Positions 9,001 to 18,487 of a stretch of 40,797 nucleotides of DNA are shown here, piece by piece. Every line of letters starts with the position of its first letter. The first letter of the stretch is position 1. The translations under genes were made by a program, and so were the position numbers. This DNA is from Deltaproteobacteria bacterium (lineage in GTDB: Bacteria; Desulfobacterota; Deferrimicrobia; J040), in contig RFHC01000076.1 of the NCBI GenBank assembly GCA_003696505.1, positions 1 to 40,797 on the forward strand, in the 5' to 3' direction. Under the pieces are notes generated by a model. That model did not search any database, was not told where the DNA came from, and saw only the letters and a list, made by a program, of their open reading frames with translations.

Positions 9001-9006
9001 ATTATA
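9001..9006 (-). promoter_or_regulatory. possible -10 box (TATAAT) for the GNAT gene
   Basis: The minus strand reads ggaTATAATaataaaacg about 35 nt upstream of the ATG, in an AT-rich island. No convincing -35 was found. Confidence 0.3.
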
Positions 9007-9119
9007 TCCTCTCTTTCCTCCTCCGGGAAGTCAAAACCGGTAAAACTATTCTCCCCGTTCATCCTCCGACGGGCAAGGTTTAATTCCCCTGCCCATTTCC
9101 CGATGGAGAGAAAAGTCTC

Positions 9120-9125
9120 TATAAT
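9120..9125 (+). promoter_or_regulatory. possible -10 box (TATAAT) for murJ
   Basis: The sequence gtctcTATAATagac lies 30 nt upstream of GTG 9155 and is followed by SD GGAAGGAGG. The -35 is weak. Confidence 0.3.
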
Positions 9126-9154
9126 AGACTGACCCTCTGGGAAGGAGGCAGGGC

Positions 9155-10720
9155 GTGACCGACACCCGGAAGAGAATGGGCGTTGCCGCAGCCATCATGA
9201 TGAGCTCCGTCTTTCTGAGCCGCATTCTGGGGTACGCCCGGGATGCAGTCATCGCTTACACCATGGGGGCCACGAAGGCGACGGACGCTTACTTCGCCGC
9301 ATTCACCATTCCCGATTTTCTCAACTACCTGGTGGCAGGCGCCTCGCTCTCCATCACCTTCATTCCCATCTACACGTCATATGTTGAGTCGGGCAGGGTC
9401 GATGAGGGGAACAGGGTCTTTTCGGCAATTTTCTGCACTCTCCTCACCATCCTCGTCGCCTTCATCGTCCTCGCCGAAGTGGGGGCAGAGCACCTCGTCC
9501 CTTTCATCGCCCCCGGATTCTCTCCTGAAGAACTCTCCCTGACGGCTCACCTGACGAGAATCGTCCTTCCGGCCCAGGCCTTCTTCTACGCGGGAGGCCT
9601 CTTCATGGCGGTCCAGTACTCGCGGGGGAAATTTCTCGTCCCCGCCCTGGCACCTCTCATTTACAACACGGGAATCATCGCCGGTGGGCTCCTCCTGGGG
9701 AAAACGGTGGGAATCGAAGGCTTCGCCTGGGGTGTCCTGGGCGGGTCCTTCGTCGGCAACTTCCTCCTTCAAGCAATCGGCGCCTTCTCGGCGGGGCTGC
9801 GAATCACCTTCTCCTTCGACGTGAGGCACGAGGGGTTCAGAGAATTTATCCGCCTCTCGATTCCCATCATGCTCGGATTCTCCCTCGTCTTCGTTGACGA
9901 GTGGATGATGCGCCTCTTCGGTTCTTTCCTCGTGGCTGGCGCCATCACCTGGCTCAACAACGCCCGGAGACTCTGCCAGGTGCCCATCGGAATCCTCGGG
10001 CAGGCCTCTGGCGTGGCTTCCTACCCCTTTCTCGCCAGACACTTTGCCCGCGGGGAAACACACCGCCTCTTCTCTGACCTGAAGTACGCCTTCGACTGGG
10101 TGTTCACCGGCTCCGTCCTGGCAGGGGCGCTCCTTTTCCTCCTCTCGAAGGAAGTCGTCTACCTCGTCTTCAAGAGAGGAGCCTTCACCACGCACGACGC
10201 CTTCAACACGGGAATCGCCCTCTCCATCTTCTCCCTGGGAATCCCCTTCTGGTGCGGCCAGAACATACTCGCCCGGGGTTACTTCGCGGCCAGGGATACC
10301 CTGACGCCCACCATCATCGGGACTGCCATCTTCCTCCTCACCCTCCCCCTCTACTACATCCTCATGCTCCGGCACGGCGTCCGTGGCCTTGCGGGAGCAT
10401 CGACGGTGGGAATATTCCTCCACACCGCCGTCCTCTTCGGATTCCTCTACCGGAAGATGAAAGTTCCCTTCCGCCTGTCTCACCTGAGGACACCTCTCCT
10501 CAGCCTGATGGCGGGAGGTATTTCCGCGACCGCCGGGTTCTTCCTCATCCAGAAAGCATCGAGCCTGGCGAGGTGGGACTCATACGGCGGCGCAGCCCTG
10601 AGAATGGCTGTCGTGGGTGGAGCCGTATCCGCCCTCTACCTGGCACTCTGCAGCCTCCTCGGGGTGGAGCAGGCACGCGACATCGTGGGGAAGTTCATCC
10701 CCACGGTGAGGAGAACGTAA
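9155..10720 (+). CDS. murJ: lipid II flippase MurJ (MviN)
   Basis: N-terminus GVAAAIMMSSVFLSRILGYARDAVIAYTMGATKATDAYFAAFTIPDFL. It is a 521-aa polytopic membrane protein of the MOP superfamily. The start is GTG with a strong SD. Confidence 0.9.
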   Translation: MTDTRKRMGVAAAIMMSSVFLSRILGYARDAVIAYTMGATKATDAYFAAFTIPDFLNYLVAGASLSITFIPIYTSYVESGRVDEGNRVFSAIFCTLLTILVAFIVLAEVGAEHLVPFIAPGFSPEELSLTAHLTRIVLPAQAFFYAGGLFMAVQYSRGKFLVPALAPLIYNTGIIAGGLLLGKTVGIEGFAWGVLGGSFVGNFLLQAIGAFSAGLRITFSFDVRHEGFREFIRLSIPIMLGFSLVFVDEWMMRLFGSFLVAGAITWLNNARRLCQVPIGILGQASGVASYPFLARHFARGETHRLFSDLKYAFDWVFTGSVLAGALLFLLSKEVVYLVFKRGAFTTHDAFNTGIALSIFSLGIPFWCGQNILARGYFAARDTLTPTIIGTAIFLLTLPLYYILMLRHGVRGLAGASTVGIFLHTAVLFGFLYRKMKVPFRLSHLRTPLLSLMAGGISATAGFFLIQKASSLARWDSYGGAALRMAVVGGAVSALYLALCSLLGVEQARDIVGKFIPTVRRT

Positions 10721-10731
10721 GGGAGGCTTCC

Positions 10732-11520
10732 ATGGGACGCATTGATACGGTCAGAGACGGAGCGGTCGTCACCGTCGTCATCTCTAATCCGAGGAAGAAG
10801 AACGCTCTCACGATGGGAATGCTGAAGGAACTGAGAACGGTCTTCCAGCAGTTGAACGAAGAGCGAGACCTGAGATGCGTCGTCCTGCGAGGAGAGGGTG
10901 ACGAGGCCTTCTGCGCCGGATACGACATAAACGCCATTCCGTCGAAGGAGGACGGGGGGGAACAGGTTCTCCTCAGCTCAAATCCCTTCGACGACATGAT
11001 ACGGGCAGTGGAAAGCGTGAGAATCCCCGTCATTGCCATGATACACGGCCCAGCCTTCGGCGGCGGACTCGAACTCGCCTGCGCCTGCGACCTGAGAATT
11101 GCGTCGGAGAGGGCGGTTTTCGGGATGACCCCCGCCAGGCTCGGAATTATCTACCGACCGGCGGGGCTCATGAGGTTCATCAACATCATCGGAGTCCCGT
11201 ACACGAAGGAACTCTTCTACACGGCACGGCCCATCGGCTCAAAGAGGGCGGAAGACATCGGGCTCGTCAACAGGGTCGTCCCCCACGAGGAACTCGAAGC
11301 GGTGGTCTACGAGACGGCGCGCGAAATCAGCGAAAATGCCCCTCTCTCCATTGCCGGGACGAAGCGCATGATATCCCTCTGCCTCCAGTCGTGGCCCCTC
11401 ACGGAGGACCAGGTAAAGGAAGCGGACGAACTCATCCGGACGTGCATGGAATCGGACGACCTCGTGGAAGGGAAGAGAGCATTCCGGGAAAAGCGGAAAC
11501 CCCGGTTTCGGGGCGAGTAG
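10732..11520 (+). CDS. enoyl-CoA hydratase/isomerase (crotonase) family protein
   Basis: ATG 10732 follows GGGAGG. Crotonase features: VVTVVISNPRKKNAL, FCAGYDI and IHGPAFGGGLELACACDLRIA (oxyanion-hole segment). The track ORF start at 10252 is a P/R-rich extension overlapping murJ. Confidence 0.85.
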   Translation: MGRIDTVRDGAVVTVVISNPRKKNALTMGMLKELRTVFQQLNEERDLRCVVLRGEGDEAFCAGYDINAIPSKEDGGEQVLLSSNPFDDMIRAVESVRIPVIAMIHGPAFGGGLELACACDLRIASERAVFGMTPARLGIIYRPAGLMRFINIIGVPYTKELFYTARPIGSKRAEDIGLVNRVVPHEELEAVVYETAREISENAPLSIAGTKRMISLCLQSWPLTEDQVKEADELIRTCMESDDLVEGKRAFREKRKPRFRGE

Positions 11521-11523
11521 TCG

Positions 11524-11979
11524 TCAGAGGCGGAAAAAGACCTTTCCCCCTTCCAGCGCCTCCAGCAGGTCTTCCCGCGGGACGGTGTTCCGCCCCACGT
11601 TGCAGAGGCGCCTCCCGAACATGGAAGGGGTTCCTCCGTTGATGGAAACCCTTGCCAGGTAAACCGGCCTCCTTTTCACCCCCACGAGTTTCTTGAAGAA
11701 GTCGCGAACCTTCAGGAGGAAGAGCCCGAGAGCCACCTTTTTCGCCCGGCCGTCGCAGACGACTCCGACGATTCTCACCGGCACATCTCTCTCCTTACGC
11801 GTCTCCTCCCTCACTCTCGAGAGGGCGTATGCCGTGGAGCGGGCCACGACGACGCTGTACCCCCTCTCCGAAGCAAGTTCCTCGATATCTTCCATCTCCT
11901 GGCGGGAAAGGCAGAAAGGGAGGAGGAGGATGCGAACCTCTCCCGGAAGTTCAGACCCTCCCCTGGACAACCCCGTCAC
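11524..11979 (-). CDS. hypothetical protein, possibly DUF116-like
   Basis: GTG start in a GTGA overlap with the upstream stop, with AAGGAGGGG as SD. Segments ILLLPFCLS, RIVGVVCDGR and CNVGRNTVPREDLLEAL resemble, from memory, the C-terminal half of DUF116 proteins. It lacks the extra Cys pairs and the TM segments. Confidence 0.5.
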   Translation of the reverse strand: MTGLSRGGSELPGEVRILLLPFCLSRQEMEDIEELASERGYSVVVARSTAYALSRVREETRKERDVPVRIVGVVCDGRAKKVALGLFLLKVRDFFKKLVGVKRRPVYLARVSINGGTPSMFGRRLCNVGRNTVPREDLLEALEGGKVFFRL

Positions 11980-12374
11980 TTCCCCTCCTTCGCCGCGCGG
12001 ACCTTTTTCAGCCTGAGTTTTCGCCGGAGAGCGTCCGCGTAATACTGCTTCCTCTCGAGGGGAAGGGACCTCTTTTCCATAATGTTCAGGGAGAGAATCT
12101 TCTCGTTGAGTATCGCCACCGTCTCTTCCAGGACCCTCTCGTCGTCTATCTCCTCCAGCATCGCCTCGAGGGTGGCGATTTCCTTTCTCAGTTCCATCTC
12201 CGGAGGAAGGTACCCCGCGTTCTTCAGGAGTTTGTAGGCAGGTCTCAAGTCCGGGGGGACGAGAGAGAGGTCCTCGATTTCAACAGGTTTCCCCTTCCCG
12301 GGAAGGTTGTCGAACTCCCCCCTCTCCATAGCCTCCCGAATTTTCTCGTCAGCAATCTTCCAGATGATGTCCAC
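11976..12374 (-). CDS. DUF1992 (DnaJ-homologue subfamily C28-like) domain protein
   Basis: IADEKIREAMERGEFDNLPGKGKP is the family hallmark. The preferred start is GTG 12374, with GGAGG 7 nt upstream. The longer track ORF (to 12521) would overlap the upstream DUF1858 gene. Confidence 0.75.
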   Translation of the reverse strand: MDIIWKIADEKIREAMERGEFDNLPGKGKPVEIEDLSLVPPDLRPAYKLLKNAGYLPPEMELRKEIATLEAMLEEIDDERVLEETVAILNEKILSLNIMEKRSLPLERKQYYADALRRKLRLKKVRAAKEGK

Positions 12375-12391
12375 CGGAGGACCTCCGGTTT

Positions 12392-12625
12392 CTACGACCT
12401 CCCCCTGCTCCCCTTTCCGATGACGGAGTTCAACTCTCTGACAACCTGGTCTGGGTCGTACCCCTTGTGGAAGGCCGTGTAGGCTACCGTCTCCTTCTTC
12501 GCACTGGGACAGGAGAGGCACTTCTTCCCGAAAAGCTCCGCGATCTTCTTCCTCGTCTCGGGATAATTTTTCGCCACGTCGAAGAGAATCATGTCCGGTT
12601 TCACCGGTCCGTCCTTCCGTGCCAT
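12392..12625 (-). CDS. DUF1858 / hybrid-cluster-protein-associated redox-disulfide domain protein
   Basis: MILFDVAKNYPETRKKIAELFGKKCLSCPSAKKETV contains a C-x2-C in the typical DUF1858 context. The protein is 77 aa. Confidence 0.75.
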   Translation of the reverse strand: MARKDGPVKPDMILFDVAKNYPETRKKIAELFGKKCLSCPSAKKETVAYTAFHKGYDPDQVVRELNSVIGKGSRGRS

Positions 12626-12691
12626 CCGCTCCTCCGTTTCGTGTTACCTAAATTTTATCATCCAGGGTATCGTCTCCGTTCCCCACCAGTT

Positions 12692-13102
12692 TTACCCCTC
12701 CTGCTCGAAGATGAAGAAAGTCCCGGTCCCGTAACTGAGGAGGCGTCCCTTCTCGTCAACAACCTCGCAGACTCCGAAAGCGGTGTGAACGCCCTTCCTG
12801 CGAATGCGTGCCTGAGCCCAGACGACGGGACAATCCACCGGCTCCAGGTAGTTCACCTTCAACTCCACGGTGGAGAAACGGGAGGAGAGACCCGCAAGGC
12901 TCTTCAGCGCAGCCGCGATAGCGACGTCGATGAGAGAGGCGATGACGCCCCCGTGAAGTATCCCCTGAGAGTTCTTCCACTCCTCCAGCACCGTGCAGGA
13001 AACTCTCGCCGTCCCGTCACCCACCTCCTCGAGAACGAAACCCATCCTCCTTACGAGCTGATGTTCGTTGAAGCGCTCGCGGTAAATCTTCGCGTCAAAC
13101 AT
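12692..13102 (-). CDS. PaaI-family hotdog-fold thioesterase
   Basis: ATG 13102 lies 2 nt after the EF-G stop, with AGGAG inside the EF-G 3' end. Supporting motifs: NSQGILHGGVIASLIDVA and the VELKVNYL core. The track ORF start at 13390 is a spurious extension into EF-G. Confidence 0.85.
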   Translation of the reverse strand: MFDAKIYRERFNEHQLVRRMGFVLEEVGDGTARVSCTVLEEWKNSQGILHGGVIASLIDVAIAAALKSLAGLSSRFSTVELKVNYLEPVDCPVVWAQARIRRKGVHTAFGVCEVVDEKGRLLSYGTGTFFIFEQEG

Positions 13103-13104
13103 GG

Positions 13105-15138
13105 TCAACTCCTGTCGAACCTGAGGAATTTCATCGTGAAACTCCCTCTTCCCTGCGTGAGGGAGCGCAGGTCTGTCGCATATCCGAACATCCTCCTCAG
13201 CGGCACCGTCCCGTTGATGACGGAGATGCCCGGCCTCTTGTCCACGGATGTTACCTTCCCTCCCCGTGAAGAGAAATCGCCCATGACACCTCCGAGGAAA
13301 TCCTCCGGGACGGTAATCTCTATCGACATGATCGGTTCGAGGAGGACGGGAGATGCCGCCCGGTACGCCTCGAGAAAGGCTGAGGCACATGCCACCTTCG
13401 TTATCTGAGGAAGGTGGTTCCCGTGCGGGAATTCGGCAGAAAGGACCTCAACGGAAATGTCCTCCACCGGATACCCGAAGGCGCCGTAACCTGAACCTTC
13501 CTCAACTCCCAGAAGGAGAGCCTCCCTGATGTTCTCGGGAAGCCCCTCCAGCGACTCTGAGAGGAAAACCCTGACTCCCTCGCCCCGCTTTCTCGGAGAA
13601 ACTCTCACTCGAACGCGGCAGGAGTACGGGACATCCTCGATGACCCTTTCGAAATAACCCTCCCCCTCGCCTTCGGCCTCCACGGTCTCCCGCATTATCA
13701 CCTCCGGTCTCCCCACGCGGGCGTTCACGTTGTAAAAGCGGCGCATCTTGTCCACCGATATCTCGAGCTGGAGTTCGCCCACTCCGGAGAGCACGAGCTG
13801 ACCCGTTTCCTCGTCCTCTGTCAGGTGGAGAGTCGGGTCCTCTTCGGTTATCTTCGCCGCCACTTCCTTCAGCCTGTCCAGGTCGCTCACCCGTTCCGGC
13901 TCGAGGGTTATGGATATGACCGGTTTCCGGATTTCAATCGGCTCGAATTCGATGGGGTGGTCGGGATTGCTCAGGGAATCTCCCGTCCCCACGTTCCTGA
14001 AACCCCGAACCGCCACGATGTCCCCCGCCTGCGCGAGGTCCACTCTCTCCTTCTTGCCGGCGTGCATCCGGAAAAGACGTGCCACCTTCTCCTTCTCCCC
14101 CGTTCTCACGTTGAGCACCGTCTCCCCGGGCCTGAGCTCGCCGGAGTAAATCCTCATGAGAACCGTCTTCCTCCCCTCCTCCATGAGAATCTTGAAGGCG
14201 AGGGCTGAGAATGGCTCGTTCACGTCCGGAGCCCTCTCAATCCACTCCCCCGTCCGGGGGTCCCTCCCCCGGGCAGGAGGAGCATCGAGGGGGGACGGGA
14301 GGAAAGCGACAACGGCGTCGAGGAGGGGCTGGACGCCTTTGTTCTTCAAGGCAGAGCCGGCGAAGAGAGGGTGTATCTCCCCCTTCAACGTTCCCCTCCT
14401 GAGTGCGGAGACGAGGAGCTCCTCCGGCACCTCCTTTCCCTCCAGGTAGAGTTCCGCCACGTCGTCGTCGAAATCTGCTGCAGCCTCCAGGAGCTTCTCG
14501 CGAAACTGGTGGGCCTCGTCCACGAATTCGGAGGGAATCTCACCCTCAACGACCGTCTTCCCCAGGTCCTCCTCTGAGAAGGTGAGGGCCTTCATTCTGA
14601 CGAGGTCGACGACCCCGCGGAAGGAATCCTCGGCTCCCATGGGGATAGTCACGGGCACAGGACGGGCGGAGAGCTTCTCCTCCATCTCCCTCGCAACCTT
14701 CCAGAAATCCGCGCCCGGCCTGTCCATCTTGTTCGCAAACGCGAGGAGGGGAATACCGAATTTGACTGCCTGATTCCACACAACCTCGGACTGCGGCTCC
14801 ACTCCCCCAACGGAACAGAAAACTGCCACTGCCCCGTCGAGGACGCGAAGGGACCGTTCCACCTCTATGGTGAAGTCCACGTGTCCGGGGGTGTCGATGA
14901 GGTGAATCTCTCCCTCCTTCCACTGAAACTGGGTTACGGCCGCGGTAATCGTTATTCCCCTCTCCTTCTCCTGGGGGAGATAGTCCATCTGCGCCTCCCC
15001 GTCGTGGACCTCGCCGATGCGGTAACTGATGCCGGCGTAGTAGAGAAAACGTTCCGTCAGCGTCGTCTTCCCCGCGTCTATGTGTGCAATTATCCCGATG
15101 TTCCGGATGCGGGACACTCTCTTCCGAAAATCTCCCAC
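13105..15138 (-). CDS. fusA: translation elongation factor G paralogue (EF-G2-like, 677 aa), not in an str-operon context
   Basis: GTPase motifs: [14 protein letters not shown] (G1), [28 protein letters not shown] (G3), ANKMDR (G4). Full five-domain length. GTG start with GGAGGG upstream. Confidence 0.9.
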   Translation of the reverse strand: MGDFRKRVSRIRNIGIIAHIDAGKTTLTERFLYYAGISYRIGEVHDGEAQMDYLPQEKERGITITAAVTQFQWKEGEIHLIDTPGHVDFTIEVERSLRVLDGAVAVFCSVGGVEPQSEVVWNQAVKFGIPLLAFANKMDRPGADFWKVAREMEEKLSARPVPVTIPMGAEDSFRGVVDLVRMKALTFSEEDLGKTVVEGEIPSEFVDEAHQFREKLLEAAADFDDDVAELYLEGKEVPEELLVSALRRGTLKGEIHPLFAGSALKNKGVQPLLDAVVAFLPSPLDAPPARGRDPRTGEWIERAPDVNEPFSALAFKILMEEGRKTVLMRIYSGELRPGETVLNVRTGEKEKVARLFRMHAGKKERVDLAQAGDIVAVRGFRNVGTGDSLSNPDHPIEFEPIEIRKPVISITLEPERVSDLDRLKEVAAKITEEDPTLHLTEDEETGQLVLSGVGELQLEISVDKMRRFYNVNARVGRPEVIMRETVEAEGEGEGYFERVIEDVPYSCRVRVRVSPRKRGEGVRVFLSESLEGLPENIREALLLGVEEGSGYGAFGYPVEDISVEVLSAEFPHGNHLPQITKVACASAFLEAYRAASPVLLEPIMSIEITVPEDFLGGVMGDFSSRGGKVTSVDKRPGISVINGTVPLRRMFGYATDLRSLTQGRGSFTMKFLRFDRS

Positions 15139-15148
15139 GAGGCCCTCC

Positions 15149-17527
15149 TCAGAAGTTCTTCCTCGTCAGGTTGAAGGCAGATGAGCCTTCTATCCCCTTG
15201 CCCTTCAGGATATTATCGACGACCCTTCTCCCTTCTTCAACGGGCAGGCCTGACAGGTCGATGAGGAAGTCCGAAACTCCCGCCTTCATCACCTCCTCAA
15301 TAAAGTCGACGGCGCAGAAGTATTCAGAGGAGAATATTTCCGTTCCCTCCTTCCCGAACCTGACGACGAACTCCTCGTCGAAGCGGGAACGGACGACTTT
15401 CTCCCCCTCGCCGGGAAAGACGATGAGAGGACTCTTCAGGAGCGGAACGCGGGTAAAGACCGTGAATATGCCGAGCCCCCTCAGATACTTCCCCATTTTC
15501 CTCAGGTTTTCCAGCGTCAGCTCGAGGGGCAGGATGAACCTCTTCACCCCCATATCTTCGAGAGCTATGGCTGATGAGGTGTTGAAGACGTAAAGGTAAT
15601 GGTCGCTTATGACTTCTTCCAGGCGAATTCGTGCCTCCCGGAAAACGCGGAACCAGCCCAGGTCGGGAACGACGAATTTTCGGAAACCCATCCGTGAGAG
15701 AGTCTCCAGCCCCCGACGGTAAAACGAGATTCCCTGGTCCGTCTGCGCCAGGGGAAGGCGGATGAAGACGCGCTCCCTCGGGAGAGGGGCGAGCTTATCG
15801 GGATTTCTCACGTGGGATTTCCGGAGCGAGAGGATGATTCTCTCTCCCCTGTCGAGAAACTCACGGGCGGAATCCACGGAATCGACGGCGATGCTGAAAG
15901 TGAGGGGCCTCCTCTCCCTCCGCGACCCCTTCAGCCTGAGATGCCTGATAATCTTGACCCGGAGCGATTTCCCCTCCAGGTAGACATCTCTGTCGAAGGC
16001 CCGGGATGCATCGTCGAAAGCTCTGAGCACCTCCTCCAATGAAACCTCCGGCTCGCCCTCAATTCTCACCCGCACCTCAGAAAGGGGGATATCGCCCCGA
16101 TACGCCTGAGCGAGGAGCCCCTCAACCTCAGGGGGAGACAGCTCGAGAGGCCTGCCGGCGCCGGAAACGCGAAAACGGTATATTTGCCCGTATTTCCTGA
16201 ACCTCCCCTCCACGACGATGGCGCTTCCCCGAATCGTCACCTCGAAGGTGTGGCCTGCTGATGGAAGGGACGCGAAAGTTCTGACCGCCCGCGCGGTTTC
16301 CTCTCTCCTCTCCCTCGACGAACCCACCCGGAAAATCATATCTCCCGGTTTTACGGGCAAAGGGACTTTGACCCAGGGGGCTCCATCCCTGACCGAGACG
16401 ACGGAGGCGGTGAAACCAACTCCCTTCCCCGTTTCCCCGTCCTGGACCCTCAACCTCTCGCCCCGGGAAACCTGTGGGTCCCCCTCAATTCTCACGTAGG
16501 GAGGGGAAACCTCCTGCACCCTTCCGAGAAATTCGCCCACGGCCGCTTCCTCCTCAGAGGAAACGACGCTCCTCTCTCTCTCTCCTCCCAGGACCCCTTT
16601 CGTGCTCGGCCTGCCGATGACACGGCCGAGAATCGCCTTCCCCTCTTCCACGCCTCTCTCCGGCTCGCCTGCCCGTATCCTGTCAAGAGCCCTCCTGTAC
16701 GCCCGCACGACGTTTCTCACGTACTCGACACTCCTCAATCTCCCCTCTATTTTCAGAGCCGCGACTCCGAGGCGAACCAGGTCGGGAAGCACGTCAATGA
16801 GACAGAGGTCACGGGCGGAGAAAAACGGAGCCTCCACCCCCCCTGCGTCGTAGACACGCCTGCAGGGCTGAACGCACTCCCCCCTGTTCCCGCTCTTTCC
16901 TCCCAGGTAACTCGAAAAGAGACACCTCCCCGACAGGGAGAAGCAGAGCGCGCCGTGGACGAATACCTCCACGCCGATGGGACTCCTCCGGACGAGGCTC
17001 TTCAACTCCTCCATCTCCAGGTGCCTTTCCACGACAAGCCGGGCAACACCCATCTCGTGGAGCACAGAAGCCACACGGGAGTTGCAGTTCCCCATGAGGG
17101 TGGAAGCGTGTATCTCGGCTTTCGGGAAATAGCGCCGGACGATGCGAATCGCCCCCAGGTCGGAGAGAATGAGCGCGTCGGGGTCGAAAAGCAGGGCGCC
17201 GTGGACCATGTCGATGAAGCGGGGGAGTTCTCCCTCGAGAATTTGAGAGTTCAGAGTGAGGTAAACCTTCACTCCCCGGCTGTGGGCGAACGGCACCAGT
17301 TTTCCCAGGTCGGGGAGAGAAAAGTTTTCCCCCCTCTTTCTCGCGTTGAACTCGCCCAGACCGAGGTAAACCGCATCCGCCCCCTCCTCGACAGCGGCGA
17401 AGAAGGTCTCCAGGTTGCCCGCAGGGGCGAGCAATTCCGGGAAGGGAATTTCCCCCTTTCCCTTTTCCCGGCGGGAGCGGGGTTTATCCTTCTTCCTCCT
17501 CTTTTTGCCCCTCTTCTCCATGGTCAC
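15149..17527 (-). CDS. U32-family protein (peptidase U32 / Fe-S hydroxylase family), long two-module form
   Basis: U32 features: [26 protein letters not shown] and the Cys motif [12 protein letters not shown]...[10 protein letters not shown]. The N-terminal tail is very basic ([21 protein letters not shown]). The C-terminal ~230 aa look like a second, Cys-less U32/TIM-like module. The start is GTG 17527 (overlaps the upstream stop) or ATG 17521. Confidence 0.85.
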   Translation of the reverse strand: MTMEKRGKKRRKKDKPRSRREKGKGEIPFPELLAPAGNLETFFAAVEEGADAVYLGLGEFNARKRGENFSLPDLGKLVPFAHSRGVKVYLTLNSQILEGELPRFIDMVHGALLFDPDALILSDLGAIRIVRRYFPKAEIHASTLMGNCNSRVASVLHEMGVARLVVERHLEMEELKSLVRRSPIGVEVFVHGALCFSLSGRCLFSSYLGGKSGNRGECVQPCRRVYDAGGVEAPFFSARDLCLIDVLPDLVRLGVAALKIEGRLRSVEYVRNVVRAYRRALDRIRAGEPERGVEEGKAILGRVIGRPSTKGVLGGERERSVVSSEEEAAVGEFLGRVQEVSPPYVRIEGDPQVSRGERLRVQDGETGKGVGFTASVVSVRDGAPWVKVPLPVKPGDMIFRVGSSRERREETARAVRTFASLPSAGHTFEVTIRGSAIVVEGRFRKYGQIYRFRVSGAGRPLELSPPEVEGLLAQAYRGDIPLSEVRVRIEGEPEVSLEEVLRAFDDASRAFDRDVYLEGKSLRVKIIRHLRLKGSRRERRPLTFSIAVDSVDSAREFLDRGERIILSLRKSHVRNPDKLAPLPRERVFIRLPLAQTDQGISFYRRGLETLSRMGFRKFVVPDLGWFRVFREARIRLEEVISDHYLYVFNTSSAIALEDMGVKRFILPLELTLENLRKMGKYLRGLGIFTVFTRVPLLKSPLIVFPGEGEKVVRSRFDEEFVVRFGKEGTEIFSSEYFCAVDFIEEVMKAGVSDFLIDLSGLPVEEGRRVVDNILKGKGIEGSSAFNLTRKNF

Positions 17528-18372
17528 ACCCGGAAAACCCCCCGCCGGGAAAACCCGAGGTTGTTTGCCCGGATGTCGAGGGTCACGGTCGCCATGTCCT
17601 CGAGGGGAAAAGACGCCTCGTCCGGCGGGGATTCAACTGTGATGAACTTGACGTAAGAGTTGCAGGAAAGGCAGCAGCGGACGAAACCGCCCCGCCCGTG
17701 AAACGTGAGGAAATCTCCTTCTTCCCCCGCACCGCAGAGGAGGCACCGTCGGGGCGGATGGACCCAGAAGTTCTCACAGAGAGAGCAGACCAGGTTCAGC
17801 TCGGTCCTGTTCCCCCTGGCCGTTGCAGGGAAAAAGCCGACGAGCGGGAGAAACCCGCAGACGGGGCAGAAAGCTTCCTCCCACGGCACGCCCTCCAGAT
17901 GGTCCCTCAGTTCCCTCACGAGCCCCCTCATCTGAGGGTTAAGGGCCCTCGCGAGAACGAAGAAAAGGCTCTCTGTCCGCACCTCGTCGAGGGAAAGGTC
18001 TCTCTCAAAGTATCTCTCGTCGCGAGCGAGAAACCGCATGGCAGCCTCGGGAAAAGGAATCCTCCCCGAAAGTGCAGAATCGAGGAGGTCCGACATTATA
18101 CCAGACCAGCGGGAGAGGACGGTGAGCACGTAAACGCTCAACTCCCTGAGTGCCTCCGCGTCGATGGAAACTTCTTCCGCCCTCAGGAGCGGAAACCCCC
18201 GTTTAACCCTTTCTCCGACGAGGACCTCCACCGGTCCTGGAGGGTCCCACCGGGCTCCTCCCCCCTTTCCGGACATCCTGGTGATGTCCGAATACGCGCG
18301 GAAGAGGTCGGAAAGCCAGGGAAAGACCCGGGAAAGGTAGGCCACTCTCCTCTCAACCCGCGAAACGCCCAC
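17524..18372 (-). CDS. FdhE-like protein (four CxxC, rubredoxin-type)
   Basis: CPVCG, CSLCE, CLLCG and CLSCN occur with FdhE-like spacing and a ...YVKFITVE... tail. The preferred start is GTG 18372, with GGAGGGAG 6 nt upstream. The longer track ORF (to 18522) would overlap the divergent Grx-like gene. Confidence 0.7.
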   Translation of the reverse strand: MGVSRVERRVAYLSRVFPWLSDLFRAYSDITRMSGKGGGARWDPPGPVEVLVGERVKRGFPLLRAEEVSIDAEALRELSVYVLTVLSRWSGIMSDLLDSALSGRIPFPEAAMRFLARDERYFERDLSLDEVRTESLFFVLARALNPQMRGLVRELRDHLEGVPWEEAFCPVCGFLPLVGFFPATARGNRTELNLVCSLCENFWVHPPRRCLLCGAGEEGDFLTFHGRGGFVRCCLSCNSYVKFITVESPPDEASFPLEDMATVTLDIRANNLGFSRRGVFRV

Positions 18373-18452
18373 TCCGTGCTCCCTCCACTGTTTTCTTTTT
18401 AGTTTACCCCTTTCCCGGGGATGCTGCCGTCGCCTCCCCCCGGTCCTTAGAG

Positions 18453-18458
18453 TATAAT
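18453..18458 (+). promoter_or_regulatory. possible -10 box (TATAAT) for the Grx-like selenoprotein gene
   Basis: The sequence agagTATAATtgaacg lies 30 nt upstream of ATG 18488 and is followed by SD GGGAGGAG (18472-18479). No clear -35 was found. Confidence 0.3.
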
Positions 18459-18487
18459 TGAACGTAAAAAAAGGGAGGAGTCGGGAT

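Noticed and set aside
8969-9154. 186-nt GNAT/murJ gap with two imperfect hairpins (about 9054-9073 and 9071-9095) as a riboswitch or sRNA
   Set aside because: I recognised no riboswitch consensus. The hairpins lie upstream of the likely murJ -10 box, and the region is adequately explained as a divergent promoter region. This was not tested computationally.
9377-10483. 368-aa minus-strand ORF inside murJ
   Set aside because: It is the antisense of a clear MurJ. The translation is E/G/D/R-rich without motifs.
13105-15138. The EF-G-like gene as SelB or as a Tet(M)/Tet(O) ribosomal protection protein
   Set aside because: SelB is EF-Tu-like and lacks EF-G domains IV and V. The G-domain and the [23 protein letters not shown] segments match EF-G rather than Tet(M)-type sequences. 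No resistance context is present.
16955-18402. Plus-strand ORFs of 233 and 234 aa antisense to the U32 and FdhE-like genes
   Set aside because: They are shadow ORFs with no SD and no motifs. The opposite-strand genes have family hallmarks and translational coupling.
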